Shown here piece by piece: positions 9,794 to 19,855 of a stretch of 64,000 bases of DNA. Source of the DNA: an uncultured Ruminococcus sp. (GTDB taxonomy: Bacteria; Bacillota; Clostridia; Oscillospirales; Ruminococcaceae); contig CANRDT010000006.1 in NCBI GenBank assembly GCA_947629455.1, positions 18,476 to 82,475 of the forward strand, written 5' to 3'. Numbering within the stretch: the stretch's first letter is position 1; every line of letters begins with the position of its first letter. Below the pieces are notes generated by a model, which made no database searches, was not told the origin of the DNA, and saw only the letters and a program-made list of their open reading frames with translations. The position numbers and the translations under genes are program-made.

Positions 9794-11020
9794 ATGGCTA
9801 TTGACAAGAAGAAAAAGGAAGTAAAGACAGTCGTTCAGATCGTGGACAAGGAGGAAAAGGAAAAGGCTCTGAAAACCGCGATCGCGTACATTGAAAAGCA
9901 GTTCGGCGCGGGAGCAATTATGAAACTGGGAGATGCGAAAGCTCTTGACATCGAGGCGATACCGACAGGTTCGATGACGCTCGATATGGCTCTGGGAATA
10001 GGCGGAATACCGAGAGGACGTATAGTAGAGATATACGGTCCGGAATCTTCGGGAAAGACCACCGTTGCGCTCCACTGTATAGCGCAGGCGCAGAAAGCAG
10101 GCGGCGAAGTGGCGTTTATCGACGTTGAACACGCGCTCGATCCCGTGTATGCAAAGGCTCTGGGCGTGGATACCGATAATATGCTGGTATCGCAGCCTGA
10201 CAGCGGAGAACAGGCGCTCGAGATCGCCGAGGCTCTGGCAAGGTCGGGCGCGATAGACTGTATCGTTATCGACTCGGTAGCGGCTATGGTCACCAAGGCG
10301 GAGATAGACGGCGAAATGGGAGATACTCACGTCGGTCAGCTGGCAAGGCTTATGTCGCAGGCGATGAGAAAGCTGACATCGGTGATAGCAAAATCCAACT
10401 GCTGCGCGATATTTATTAATCAGGTGAGAGAAAAGATCGGCGTTATCTACGGTAATCCGGAAACCACTCCCGGAGGACGTGCGCTGAAATTCTATGCGTC
10501 GGTGCGTATTGAAGTCCGCCGCGGCGAGCAGATCAAGAACGGTGCGGAGGTCATAGGCAACCGTACCAAGTGCAAGGTGGTAAAGAACAAGGTCGCTCCT
10601 CCTTTCAAGGAGTGTGAATTTGACATTATGTACGGCAAGGGCGTTTCGAGAACGGGCGAAGTACTCGATCTGGCGACAGATCTGAATATCGTCAAGAAAG
10701 GCGGAGCGTGGTACAGCTACAACGAAACAAAGCTCGGTCAGGGACGCGACAATGCAAAGGATTATCTTGACGAGCATCCCGACATAATGCAGGAGATCGA
10801 GGCTAAGATCAAGGAGAACGAGGGAAATATAGTTATGGTCTCCAAAAAGAGCAAGAAATCCGCAAAGCTTGACAAAAAGGCTGCCGATGCCGTCAATGGC
10901 GGCTCAGATACCGAGCAGGCGGACGATGATTACGATGAGCCGACCGCCGATGTGACCGTATCAGCCGAGGACGATTTTGAGGAATTTGCTCCGGTGGACA
11001 TCAGCGAATTTGGCGAATAA
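9794..11020 (+). CDS. recA: Recombinase RecA
   Basis: [29 protein letters not shown]. Confidence 0.99.
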   Translation: MAIDKKKKEVKTVVQIVDKEEKEKALKTAIAYIEKQFGAGAIMKLGDAKALDIEAIPTGSMTLDMALGIGGIPRGRIVEIYGPESSGKTTVALHCIAQAQKAGGEVAFIDVEHALDPVYAKALGVDTDNMLVSQPDSGEQALEIAEALARSGAIDCIVIDSVAAMVTKAEIDGEMGDTHVGQLARLMSQAMRKLTSVIAKSNCCAIFINQVREKIGVIYGNPETTPGGRALKFYASVRIEVRRGEQIKNGAEVIGNRTKCKVVKNKVAPPFKECEFDIMYGKGVSRTGEVLDLATDLNIVKKGGAWYSYNETKLGQGRDNAKDYLDEHPDIMQEIEAKIKENEGNIVMVSKKSKKSAKLDKKAADAVNGGSDTEQADDDYDEPTADVTVSAEDDFEEFAPVDISEFGE

Positions 11021-11036
11021 TAAAGGACAGAGCGAA

Positions 11037-11675
11037 ATGTTGAAGATCACCGGCGTTGAAAAGTATAAGGGCAGCACTATGCGCATTGATTTTGAAAGCG
11101 GCGAAACGGCTTTTATAAATGCGGAAACGGCGGCGAAATACAGCCTGAGAGCAGGACTTGACATTCCCAAATCGGCGTGGGAGCAGATCGTTCGGGCGGA
11201 CACTTTCCGCCGCGCAAAGGAACGCGCACTGTATCTTCTCGATTACAGAGATCATTCCTACGCCGAACTTTTTGAAAAGCTGAGCAGGAATTATGACGAG
11301 GACATCTGCTACGGGGTGTGCGATAAGCTCAGCTCTATGGGACTGGTGGACGACCGCAGATATGCGGCGGCGCTGGCGAGGAAATATATGGAGGTCAAGC
11401 GTTACGGACGTTTCCGCGCGGCGCGTGAAATGCGGCAGAAGGGTATCCCGTCGGAGCTGATCGACGAATATCTTGATAAGTATGAGGATACAGTGCAGGA
11501 AAGGCTGGAGGAGCTTATCAGCCGCAAGTATATCCGCCGTCTTGAGGACGGGGAGGACGGAGTAAAGAAAGTCAGGGCGGCGCTTGTCCGTATGGGTTAT
11601 TCCTATCGGGACGTGAACGAGGCTCTTGACAGCGTGCTTGAAGAACTGGAAAATGACGGCGGCGATCCGCAATAG
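11037..11675 (+). CDS. recX: Regulatory protein RecX
   Basis: ALYLLDYRDHS, GLVDDRRYA, L.RMGYS; directly after recA. Confidence 0.9.
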   Translation: MLKITGVEKYKGSTMRIDFESGETAFINAETAAKYSLRAGLDIPKSAWEQIVRADTFRRAKERALYLLDYRDHSYAELFEKLSRNYDEDICYGVCDKLSSMGLVDDRRYAAALARKYMEVKRYGRFRAAREMRQKGIPSELIDEYLDKYEDTVQERLEELISRKYIRRLEDGEDGVKKVRAALVRMGYSYRDVNEALDSVLEELENDGGDPQ

Positions 11676-11696
11676 TGTTAATGGGGAACTGAAACT

Positions 11697-11870
11697 ATGG
11701 ATATTATGGATTTTTTTCAGAGCGAACAGGTGATAAGGTTTTTTCTGACGCTTATTGCAGGGTATGTTCTTGTTATCTCGCCGATGATGATCTTCGCGGC
11801 GTATGACGAGAATAAAAAGGAGTATAAAAAACGGCAGGAAAACCGCGTAAATACGCAGGAAGAGCAGTGA
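11697..11870 (+). CDS. Small single-pass membrane protein (57 aa, below ORF-track cutoff)
   Basis: Hand translation MDIMDFFQSEQVIRFFLTLIAGYVLVISPMMIFAAYDENKKEYKKRQENRVNTQEEQ; GGGGA RBS; fills the recX-hydrolase gap. Confidence 0.6.
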   Translation: MDIMDFFQSEQVIRFFLTLIAGYVLVISPMMIFAAYDENKKEYKKRQENRVNTQEEQ

Positions 11871-11907
11871 GTGCTTTATTGGAATATCACAAAAGGCGGA
11901 TAAAGAA

Positions 11908-12747
11908 ATGAACTTAAAAATAGCGCTGCTGCAATTACTTCCTGAGAGCGGACTTGAAAAGCAATCAGAAAAAGGAAAAGCCGCCTGCATTAAGGCAAAG
12001 AGTATGGGCGCGGATATCGCCCTCTTTCCCGAGATGTGGAGCAACGGCTATAAACTTTTGCAGGATAACTTGGAATTGGCAGCATTATCTATCGACAAGA
12101 AAAGCGATTTTGTCCGCGCGTTCGGAGAACTGGCTAACGAACTTCAAATGGCTATCGGCATAACTTTTCTCGAAAAGAATGAGCCTAAACCGCTCAATTC
12201 TATTATCCTTTTTGACAGGTACGGAAAAGAACGGCTGCATTACTCCAAAGTCCATACCTGCGCTTTCGATCTGGAAAAGGTACTGGCAAGCGGAGATGAT
12301 TTTTATGTGACTGAGCTGGATATCGGCAGAGATATAATAAAAATCGGCGCAATGATCTGCTTTGACAGAGAATTTCCCGAAAGTGCGCGGATATTGATGC
12401 TAAAAGGCGCGGAGGTCATTTTAGCGCCTAACGCCTGCCCTATGGAGATCAATCGGCTGTCAGCGCTTTGCACCAGAGCTTATGAAAATATGCTTGCCGT
12501 TGCTACCTGTAATTATCCCAAGGGGCAGCCGGATTGCAACGGTCATTCAACGGTGTTTGACGGAGTTGCATGGTTAAGAAATGAATCGGGAGTACGGGAT
12601 ATGTGTATTCTCAAAGCGCCGGAAGACGAGGGAATTTATTTAGCCGAGATAGATATGGATATGCTGCGTGATTACCGTGAGCATGAAGTAATGGGAAACA
12701 AGTACCGATATCCGAACAAATACAAGGTTCTTACAACAGATATTTAA
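11908..12747 (+). CDS. Carbon-nitrogen hydrolase (nitrilase superfamily)
   Basis: LFPEM, YSKVH, ICFDREFPE (Glu-Lys-Cys triad). Confidence 0.92.
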   Translation: MNLKIALLQLLPESGLEKQSEKGKAACIKAKSMGADIALFPEMWSNGYKLLQDNLELAALSIDKKSDFVRAFGELANELQMAIGITFLEKNEPKPLNSIILFDRYGKERLHYSKVHTCAFDLEKVLASGDDFYVTELDIGRDIIKIGAMICFDREFPESARILMLKGAEVILAPNACPMEINRLSALCTRAYENMLAVATCNYPKGQPDCNGHSTVFDGVAWLRNESGVRDMCILKAPEDEGIYLAEIDMDMLRDYREHEVMGNKYRYPNKYKVLTTDI

Positions 12748-12792
12748 TGAGAATAATAGGATACACGCAAAAGCGGCAATTAAACCGCCCAA

Positions 12793-13031
12793 GGAAATCA
12801 ATTTTGAAATTTTATATAAGCATTTTGATATATTTTACTTGTTCAGGTTGACTTTTGGGTTATTTTTCCTCCGCCAGCGGCGGAGATCCTCCCGGACGGG
12901 GCATTTCCGCCCGTCCACGGTGCATATCGCGCTCCAGCTTTATAAATGGGGCGGAGAATATAACAAAAATCTTGCCGGACTGAGCGGAATGTAATTTTAA
13001 GACCAAAAACACTCTTATAAAATTAATTCCG
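12793..13031. repeat. MITE-like composite repeat (family B body plus module G) with imperfect terminal inverted repeats
   Basis: Ends GGAAATCAATTTT / AAAATTAATTCC; 12797-12960 matches revcomp of 59470-59672; 12960-13030 matches revcomp of 15390-15465. Confidence 0.8.
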
Positions 13032-13115
13032 TGTAAACCGTCTTGTGGGTATAAACCTTACACATAAAGTCAGTTATGATTTAAGTAATACACATTTTAA
13101 TTTGAGGAGAAAGCT

Positions 13116-13589
13116 ATGTGCATAGTATGTGACAGAATACAGATGATAAGATCGGGAACAAACCCGTATTTTGTTAAAGAACTTGATACCGGCTATGTTG
13201 TTATTGGCGACAACCAACACTTCAGGGGTTATACTTTGTTTTTGCTGAAGGATCATTTGACCGAGCTGTTTGAATTAAAAGATGATATAAGAGCAAAGTT
13301 TCTTGCCGAAATGACGATCGTAGCAGAAGCGGTCGCAAAAGCATTTGGCGCGGAAAAGATGAATTATGAATGTTTGGGCAATGGTGACGCACATCTGCAC
13401 TGGCATTTATTTCCGAGAGTAAACGGCGATCTTGGCAGTTACGGAAACAATGGAAGAGGACCGGTTTGGTGGTATCCGAGGGAAAAAATGTATTCAGATG
13501 ATAACAGACCGAATGACGAAGAACTTGAAATAATGAAACAAACCTTGCGCAATGAGATCGAAAAGTTACTGTGCGTATCAAAATCATAA
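13116..13589 (+). CDS. HIT family hydrolase
   Basis: CxxC at N-terminus, HLHWHLFPR histidine triad. Confidence 0.92.
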   Translation: MCIVCDRIQMIRSGTNPYFVKELDTGYVVIGDNQHFRGYTLFLLKDHLTELFELKDDIRAKFLAEMTIVAEAVAKAFGAEKMNYECLGNGDAHLHWHLFPRVNGDLGSYGNNGRGPVWWYPREKMYSDDNRPNDEELEIMKQTLRNEIEKLLCVSKS

Positions 13590-13667
13590 ATAACACAGAA
13601 TGAAAATTACATAAGATCACAAAATTGATCTCCGTGCGGTTTTAAAAGCATCGGAATACAGCATAAT

Positions 13668-13709
13668 AAAACGGCTCTCCGTAATTGGCGGAAAGCCGTT
13701 TGTTTTTTG
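13668..13709. terminator. Probable bidirectional terminator
   Basis: AAAACGGCT..AGCCGTTT stem with A/T tails between convergent genes. Confidence 0.7.
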
Positions 13710-13728
13710 TATTTTTGTCTGTTATCTT

Positions 13729-15075
13729 TTATCTTTCGCTTATCGGGATATACTCCCTTTCGCTCCTTACCGCCTTGTAAGCAGGACGGATTATCCTCTT
13801 GCCGGTGACAAGCTCCTCGAAACGGTGAGCACACCAGCCTGCCATTCTTGCCACTGCAAACAGAGGCGTGAACAGCTCTTCGGGTATCTTCAACATACGA
13901 TAGACAAGTCCCGAGTACATATCGACATTGGCGCACATTACCTTTTCGTCGCCCTTTATTTCAGCAAAAAGTCCGGGAGTAAGCTTTTCGATCTTTTCAA
14001 GCAGATTAAATTCCCGTTCAAACTCCGTGCCCTCAGCCAGCTTGCGCGCATTGGCTTTGAGGATAACGGCACGGGGATCGGAAAGGGTATAGACCGCGTG
14101 TCCCATACCGTAGATAAGTCCCGAACCGTCGTTTGCCTCTTTGTTGAGTATCTTGCGCAGGAAAGACGCGATCTCCTGCTCGTCCTCCCAGTTGGAAACG
14201 TTTTTCTTGATACACTCCTGCATCTGCGAGACTTTGATATTCGCGCCGCCGTGACGTGTACCCTTGAGCGAACCGATCGCCGCCGCATAAGCAGAATAGG
14301 GGTCGGTACCTGCGGAAGTCAGCACACGGCAGGAAAAAGTGGAATTGTTTCCGCCGCCGTGTTCCGCGTGGATTATCAGCATAAGATCCAAAAGCTTTGC
14401 TTCCTCATCGGTAAATTCGCGGTCAAGGCGCAGCGCGGAAAGTATCATCTGCGCGGTGGTGTGCGAGGGGATAAGCGGATGCAGCACCATACTTTCGCCG
14501 TCAAAAGCGTGCTTTTTCACCTGATAAGCCGATACCATTATGTTCGGCAGCTTTGAGATGATCGAGATAGCGGTCGCCATTTCATATTCGGGACTGCGGT
14601 TTTCGGGATCGTCGTCATAGGAATACAAAGCAAGCATAGAACGTCCCATTTTATTCATAATATTCTTTGAAGGCGCTTTGAGGATCATATCTTCAAAGAA
14701 CGTTTCGGGCAGAGCGCGGTTCTCAGCCATTATTTCCGAAAAAGCGGCAAGCTCCACAGAGTTCGGCAGCTCGCCCATAAGCAGCAGATAGACGGTTTCC
14801 TCAAAACCGAAACGGTTCTCCTTGACGGCGTTTGAAATAATATCTTTTATGTTGTAGCCGCGGTAGATAAGCTGACCTTCTATAGGTTTCTTTTCGCCCT
14901 CGTCAACTATGTAGCCGTGAACGTTACAGATGTTTGTGAGACCTGCGATAACGCCTGTACCGTCGGAGTTTCTCAGACCTCTTTTTACAATATGTTTTTC
15001 GTAAAGCTTAGGGTTGATGTAGTTGTTCTTGACAAATTGCTCGTATAGCATATTTCTTGCTGAATTGTTTATCAT
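13729..15075 (-). CDS. gltA: Citrate synthase (citrate/2-methylcitrate synthase family)
   Basis: HAEHGGGNNSTF, HGGAN, YGMGHAVY..DPR, ANVDMYSG. Confidence 0.93.
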   Translation of the reverse strand: MINNSARNMLYEQFVKNNYINPKLYEKHIVKRGLRNSDGTGVIAGLTNICNVHGYIVDEGEKKPIEGQLIYRGYNIKDIISNAVKENRFGFEETVYLLLMGELPNSVELAAFSEIMAENRALPETFFEDMILKAPSKNIMNKMGRSMLALYSYDDDPENRSPEYEMATAISIISKLPNIMVSAYQVKKHAFDGESMVLHPLIPSHTTAQMILSALRLDREFTDEEAKLLDLMLIIHAEHGGGNNSTFSCRVLTSAGTDPYSAYAAAIGSLKGTRHGGANIKVSQMQECIKKNVSNWEDEQEIASFLRKILNKEANDGSGLIYGMGHAVYTLSDPRAVILKANARKLAEGTEFEREFNLLEKIEKLTPGLFAEIKGDEKVMCANVDMYSGLVYRMLKIPEELFTPLFAVARMAGWCAHRFEELVTGKRIIRPAYKAVRSEREYIPISER

Positions 15076-15150
15076 CGTACAATCATCTGCCTTCCATTTT
15101 AAAGAAAATCTTATTATGCCGTTAAGCGCAGAAATACGCTCAACGTATAC

Positions 15151-15179
15151 ATTATACCATAGTAAAGGCAGATTGTCAA
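15151..15179 (-). promoter_or_regulatory. sigma-A promoter of citrate synthase
   Basis: Exact TTGACA-17-TATAAT on minus strand. Confidence 0.85.
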
Positions 15180-15242
15180 GCCGCGGTGTTGTTGCGGAGC
15201 AATGTGCAAGCGATCTGTAAATTCCCAAAGTAAATTCTACTA

Positions 15243-15474
15243 TTGATTTTAAGAAGTCAGAACGCTACGCTTTTAAGAGGTAAGAGGTAAGACAAGGAGC
15301 GCCTGCGGCGCATATTTTAAAATATTATTTATTCCGCTTTGCAGACTTTTTTCTTGCTTCTTGTCTCTAAAACTCATGTTTTTGGGAGATCAATTTTATG
15401 AGCGGTTTTAGTCTTATAATTATATTGCGCTCAGTTTAGCAAAATTATTATTATTCCCCCGTTGGGGGGAAACA
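15243..15474 (+). repeat. Repeat family A copy 2 joined to module G and an E-like hairpin
   Basis: 15252-15399 closely matches revcomp of 17050-17194; 15390-15465 matches revcomp of 12960-13030. Confidence 0.9.
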
Positions 15475-15502
15475 TCACAACCCCAAAACATCAGCCTTTA
15501 TC

Positions 15503-16861
15503 CTATTGTTCAAGTAAGTATACATTATCGGGGGTTATCTTTGCACCGTTCATAAAAACCGCCCAGTCGGTTATATCGTCAAACGTACATTGACATTCGC
15601 TGCCCTTATGCAGATCCTTTATATAAAAAGTTTCGTGAGTAAGTACGCCGTTGAAGTAATTGTCGTTCATTTCCGTTACCTCAAACCAGCAGTGTACTCT
15701 CATAGAACCGTTTTTGTATTCGTCGTCGACTTCAAGACCGACCTTGATAAGGGCGGCAAATCTTTCCGTTTCGGAATACTGTGCAAACAACTTTTTAAAA
15801 TACTCTATCCGTTCTGCCGCGAGCCTGCTCATACGTTCCGTTTCCTCAGAGGTAAGCATAAGCAGAGGATTAGCCGCAAGTATATCGTTATATATGTCAA
15901 TGTTAGAAAGCAGATGATCTTCCGCGTCATCTTCAGAAGCGTAAACGTATATAACACCCGACGCTCCGCCGTGATCATCGCCGCGGTCGTCTATACCGCC
16001 GAGCAGGCTTTTGTTGTACATTGTCAAGGCACGCTGCCATGACAGCCACGTTATCACAAGCGGTATGCCGCCTTCAAGTTCCGCACACCATACAGGCTCA
16101 TATTCCGCCGGCAGCTTTTCCTTTGTAATTATCCTTGAAGCCATTGTGTTGATTACAGTGCCGTGATTATTGCAGTTTTTGTGATCTGATCGAAGTATTT
16201 CCAGTTCGATAGATCCGCAGCGGTTAAGACCGTGGGTATGCAGCCACACTTCATCTTTTTTGCCGTCGTCATTTACCGCGTGGATCACAAACAGGTATTC
16301 GGGTGCAGGCGGAACGGAGGAGGCGGCTGTCATTCTTGCCCATCTTCCGCTGAACACTCTCAGACTGCTTATATCGACAAGCGCCGCTGGGCGTTCGATC
16401 ATAGCGCAAAGCAGCTTTATCTGCAAATGGAAAGAGCTCATAGCGTCCTGCCCGAAGAACATTCTGGTGTTAAGTACGCGGTGCGCTGTCATAAGGGTAT
16501 TTTCCTCCTCCGGCGTAAGAGGCTGTCTGTTAAGATTTACATAATTTGAAGTGTCGCAAAGATCAATTTTTACCTGAATGACAAGCTCCTCATTGTTATA
16601 ATTAAAGCAGACCTCAAATCCCTCGTTGTTATCGCCGAATGACATAGTTTTTTTATAGACCACTTCGATCTGCTCAAATGACATCAGCTTATCGAGAAGT
16701 ACGGAAATGTCGTCAAGCAGGCTGTCGTCAAACGGCACCGACATTATCATCGAGCCTTCTTTTTCTATCTCGCCCGACATAAGTGGACGATTTTGATCAG
16801 CTGCAAGCGGCTCTTTGGGTCTTGATGTATTTTTCTGTCTCAGTTTGTCTAATAATCCCAT
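15503..16861 (-). CDS. DUF4026/DUF2314-like protein
   Basis: WLHTHGL.RCG.IELEIL motif; C-terminal HCWFEV..GVL..ITDW resembling DUF2314. Confidence 0.75.
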   Translation of the reverse strand: MGLLDKLRQKNTSRPKEPLAADQNRPLMSGEIEKEGSMIMSVPFDDSLLDDISVLLDKLMSFEQIEVVYKKTMSFGDNNEGFEVCFNYNNEELVIQVKIDLCDTSNYVNLNRQPLTPEEENTLMTAHRVLNTRMFFGQDAMSSFHLQIKLLCAMIERPAALVDISSLRVFSGRWARMTAASSVPPAPEYLFVIHAVNDDGKKDEVWLHTHGLNRCGSIELEILRSDHKNCNNHGTVINTMASRIITKEKLPAEYEPVWCAELEGGIPLVITWLSWQRALTMYNKSLLGGIDDRGDDHGGASGVIYVYASEDDAEDHLLSNIDIYNDILAANPLLMLTSEETERMSRLAAERIEYFKKLFAQYSETERFAALIKVGLEVDDEYKNGSMRVHCWFEVTEMNDNYFNGVLTHETFYIKDLHKGSECQCTFDDITDWAVFMNGAKITPDNVYLLEQ

Positions 16862-16970
16862 TTTAAAAACTCCTCTGTAATTTTAAATGTCGATCAGTAT
16901 ATAACTGATTTAAACATATCATATTTTCTTAATAATGTCAAGCGTTTGCGGAATATCAAAGCGGAAATTA

Positions 16971-17003
16971 AGGCTGCTATCCCCATATTTGGAATAACAG
17001 CCT
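16971..17003. repeat. Hairpin module E
   Basis: AGGCTGCTATCCC..GGAATAACAGCCT. Confidence 0.6.
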
Positions 17004-17040
17004 GCAAAAATCCATATAGAACGCCAAGACATTTCACGTA

Positions 17041-17217
17041 AATCAATTTTTACAAAATTAATCTCCTGAAACAAGATTTTTAGAGACAAGAAGCAAGAAA
17101 AAATTCTGCAAAGCGGAATAATATTTTAAAATATGCGCCGTAGGCGCTCCTTGTCTGACCTCTTACCTCTTAAAAGCGTAGCGTTCTGACTTCTCCGGAA
17201 ATCAAAAATTGATTTCC
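17041..17217 (-). repeat. Repeat family A copy 3
   Basis: Reverse complement of copy 2; ends in GGAAATCAAAAATTGATTTCC palindrome. Confidence 0.9.
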
Positions 17218-17221
17218 ATGG

Positions 17222-17890
17222 TCAGAACCCGAGTTCCTCCGCCACAAGAACGACCTTGAATCTGCCGGGGTGACGCTGCCACGCGGAAACTACATAATTG
17301 CAGCATATTCTTCCCTCGCTGCGGCAGCCGGAGGGCATATCTCCTCCGTTTTTCAGAGAAATACATTCACCCGTCGCGGCGCAGGGAGTGGGGCAGGAAA
17401 GCCTTGCCGCATTGGGAGGAGCGGCGTGAGTCTTTACGCGCTTTACCGCGTCCTCTACCGTAGCAACGAGCTTGTTGCAGCCGACTACGAAAATGACGGT
17501 TTTAGGTCCGTAGCAGATGGCGGCGACGCGGTTGGAATTGCCGTCTACATTGTAAAGCTCTCCGTTTTCGGTGACGGCGTTCGCGGAAGTAAGATAAACG
17601 TCCGCCGAAAATGCCTTGCGGTATATCTCCTCCGTTTCCTCCCTGTCTGCGGCTTTTGAACGGTCGAGAAATCTGTACCGTCCGCTGCTCATAAGCTTGT
17701 CGATACCGCATTCGGCAAGAGTTACCGAGCCTCCGCAGGAAATAACGTCGTTCGGTTTGAGTATACCTTCGACTATGCGGTAAGCCTCCTCACGGTCGGC
17801 GGCGATAAAAGCCTCCATATTGTTCTTCCGCAGATTTTCGGCTGTCCTTTCCAGCCTTTTGATGGTGGTTTCTTTCTTGAATTTGTCCAT
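17222..17890 (-). CDS. LUD-domain (lactate utilization family) protein
   Basis: GGSVTL, SANAVTENGELYNVDGNSNRV, C-terminal Cys cluster. Confidence 0.85.
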   Translation of the reverse strand: MDKFKKETTIKRLERTAENLRKNNMEAFIAADREEAYRIVEGILKPNDVISCGGSVTLAECGIDKLMSSGRYRFLDRSKAADREETEEIYRKAFSADVYLTSANAVTENGELYNVDGNSNRVAAICYGPKTVIFVVGCNKLVATVEDAVKRVKTHAAPPNAARLSCPTPCAATGECISLKNGGDMPSGCRSEGRICCNYVVSAWQRHPGRFKVVLVAEELGF

Positions 17891-17939
17891 GACCTATCTT
17901 TCCTTTCGTGTTTATGTATTTATTTATTATTATATAGTA

Positions 17940-18845
17940 TCATTTCCGCAGTGCCATAAGCTTTTGTATCTGCTCCATATCAGGCGGATAAAGCTGCATA
18001 GGATAGCGCGAGATAGCTGCCGCGGCGCAGGCGGCGGCAAAGCTTACGAGCTTTTCATCGTCAAGACCGCTTGCCAGAGCGTAAACGCAGCCTGCCTTAA
18101 AACTGTCGCCCGCTCCGAGAGTGCTTGCAACATTCACCCTGTACGGCTCGAAGTATTTCGGCTTTTCGCCTTTTCTGCCGTAGATAAACCGCCCTGAGCC
18201 GTTCGTGATAATGGTAAGCCCTTCCGTGTTTTCGGCAAACATCTCAAAAAGCTCCTCACGACTTATATCGGGATAGCTGCGCACTGCCTCTTCGCCCGAT
18301 ATTACCGATACCGCCGAGCTGCGGTGTATAAAGCTGTCGTGCTTGCAGTCGATAGTGACATACGGCTTTCCGTGCTTTACGCAAAGACTTGCAGCAAGCT
18401 CGGAATCCTCTCCGAAATAGGGGTCTGCGGCTGCCGCGTCACACCTTATGATCGCAGACTCGTGCGGCATATTCCAATGTTTTTTGCCCGTGCTGTATGA
18501 GTCGGAATAGAATTTACCGAAACTGCCCATCGGAGTGCGTATGTCCCCCGAAATGATAATGTGATCTTCCAGAGGGGGCATATCCCTGTCATAGCGGAGC
18601 AGGGAAGTGTCAACGCCGCGCAGTGAGTAAAAATCCCTGACAAAGTTTTCACATTCTCCGCCGATATGTGTGCCGTCAATTACAACGTCCGCGCCCAGCG
18701 CGGAAAGTATCGCGGCGCAGGTGCCCGTTTCTCCGCCCGGAAAGCGATAGCTTTCAAGTATTTCACTGTAACGGTCAGGAGTGGGAAATTCTTCGAGCAG
18801 ATAGCTGTTTGAAATGCATATCATTCCGTAGAGATAAATATTCAT
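17940..18845 (-). CDS. PfkB/ribokinase-family carbohydrate kinase
   Basis: PGG near N-terminus, STLGAGDSF signature. Confidence 0.88.
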   Translation of the reverse strand: MNIYLYGMICISNSYLLEEFPTPDRYSEILESYRFPGGETGTCAAILSALGADVVIDGTHIGGECENFVRDFYSLRGVDTSLLRYDRDMPPLEDHIIISGDIRTPMGSFGKFYSDSYSTGKKHWNMPHESAIIRCDAAAADPYFGEDSELAASLCVKHGKPYVTIDCKHDSFIHRSSAVSVISGEEAVRSYPDISREELFEMFAENTEGLTIITNGSGRFIYGRKGEKPKYFEPYRVNVASTLGAGDSFKAGCVYALASGLDDEKLVSFAAACAAAAISRYPMQLYPPDMEQIQKLMALRK

Positions 18846-19083
18846 ATCCTCACACCCCTTTTTACGAAAAAATATAGTGTTCTTAAAAACATTATATAAT
18901 TATAGTATAAAAAAGTAAATATCAGGCAAAACGGAATTTTCTTAATTTTCTGTGAATATATTTTCGGTAAAAAGATCGAGGGGATATAAAATTATAAAAA
19001 AATTCGCCTAAGGTATTGTAATTGTAAAAAAATTGTGTTATAATGTTTTTAGTTATAAAGTACCGGCAGCCGGAGGTCGTTTT

Positions 19084-19668
19084 ATGGATTCTCTGAAATT
19101 TTTGCTCTATACGTTGGCAAGAGTGGGAATAATGATCGTTCTTGTGTTTTTTGCCGCTGTCTGCGGCAGGATACTCTTTCCGCTTTTAGCATCGTTCGTA
19201 CCCGATTCAATGACGGGTCTGAACGACTTTTTCACCGACCGCAACTGCGGTTCGTTCGCAGGCTGGCTGATTATGCTCATTTTTATGGCAGTCCTTTTCT
19301 TTGACGACGGCAAACGCCATGCGGCTTATGAACAGTGGAGCGCCGTGAACGTTTCGATAACGCTTATAATTATGCTTATGGTCTACTTTATTCCTGCCAT
19401 CTTCCGCGATTCCTTTGCAAAGGACGGTCAGGGAGCGGTTTTTTATGAGTACGCTTACTTCACCGACCGCTGGCTGTATGAAGGTATCGGTCTTGAATAT
19501 ACCCTGAGCGCGGCAGTCGGCATAGGTCTAATGCTTGCGATACTGCTCGCGATGTATGTACTCTCCTTTAAAGCTTACGCTAAAAAACACCCTGTGATAC
19601 TTCGTCAGACGGATCACAGCGCACAGGCGGACGGCGATGCCGACGGTGAGGAAACGGAGCAGTCATAA
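19084..19668 (+). CDS. Hypothetical 4-TM membrane protein
   Basis: GGAGG RBS; four hydrophobic segments. Confidence 0.7.
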   Translation: MDSLKFLLYTLARVGIMIVLVFFAAVCGRILFPLLASFVPDSMTGLNDFFTDRNCGSFAGWLIMLIFMAVLFFDDGKRHAAYEQWSAVNVSITLIIMLMVYFIPAIFRDSFAKDGQGAVFYEYAYFTDRWLYEGIGLEYTLSAAVGIGLMLAILLAMYVLSFKAYAKKHPVILRQTDHSAQADGDADGEETEQS

Positions 19669-19767
19669 GCGTGATATTCAGTGGAGAACATTTGGTCTTT
19701 GTGGAAATTTAATAAAATTGACCGTGATATTTTGTCAATTAATAATTAAAAATCGTTCATTTTTTTC

Positions 19768-19796
19768 TTGATTATTTTAGTGAAAAATGTTATAAT
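19768..19796 (+). promoter_or_regulatory. sigma-A promoter of pilC operon
   Basis: TTGATT-17-TATAAT with TG extended -10. Confidence 0.7.
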
Positions 19797-19855
19797 TAAA
19801 AAAATGCGTTTTGCGAGAACGGAACGTGTTATATAGTGGAGGTGTAACCAGAAAA

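Noticed and set aside
9617-12044. Long minus-strand ORFs opposite recA and recX
   Set aside because: Antisense shadows of well-supported genes
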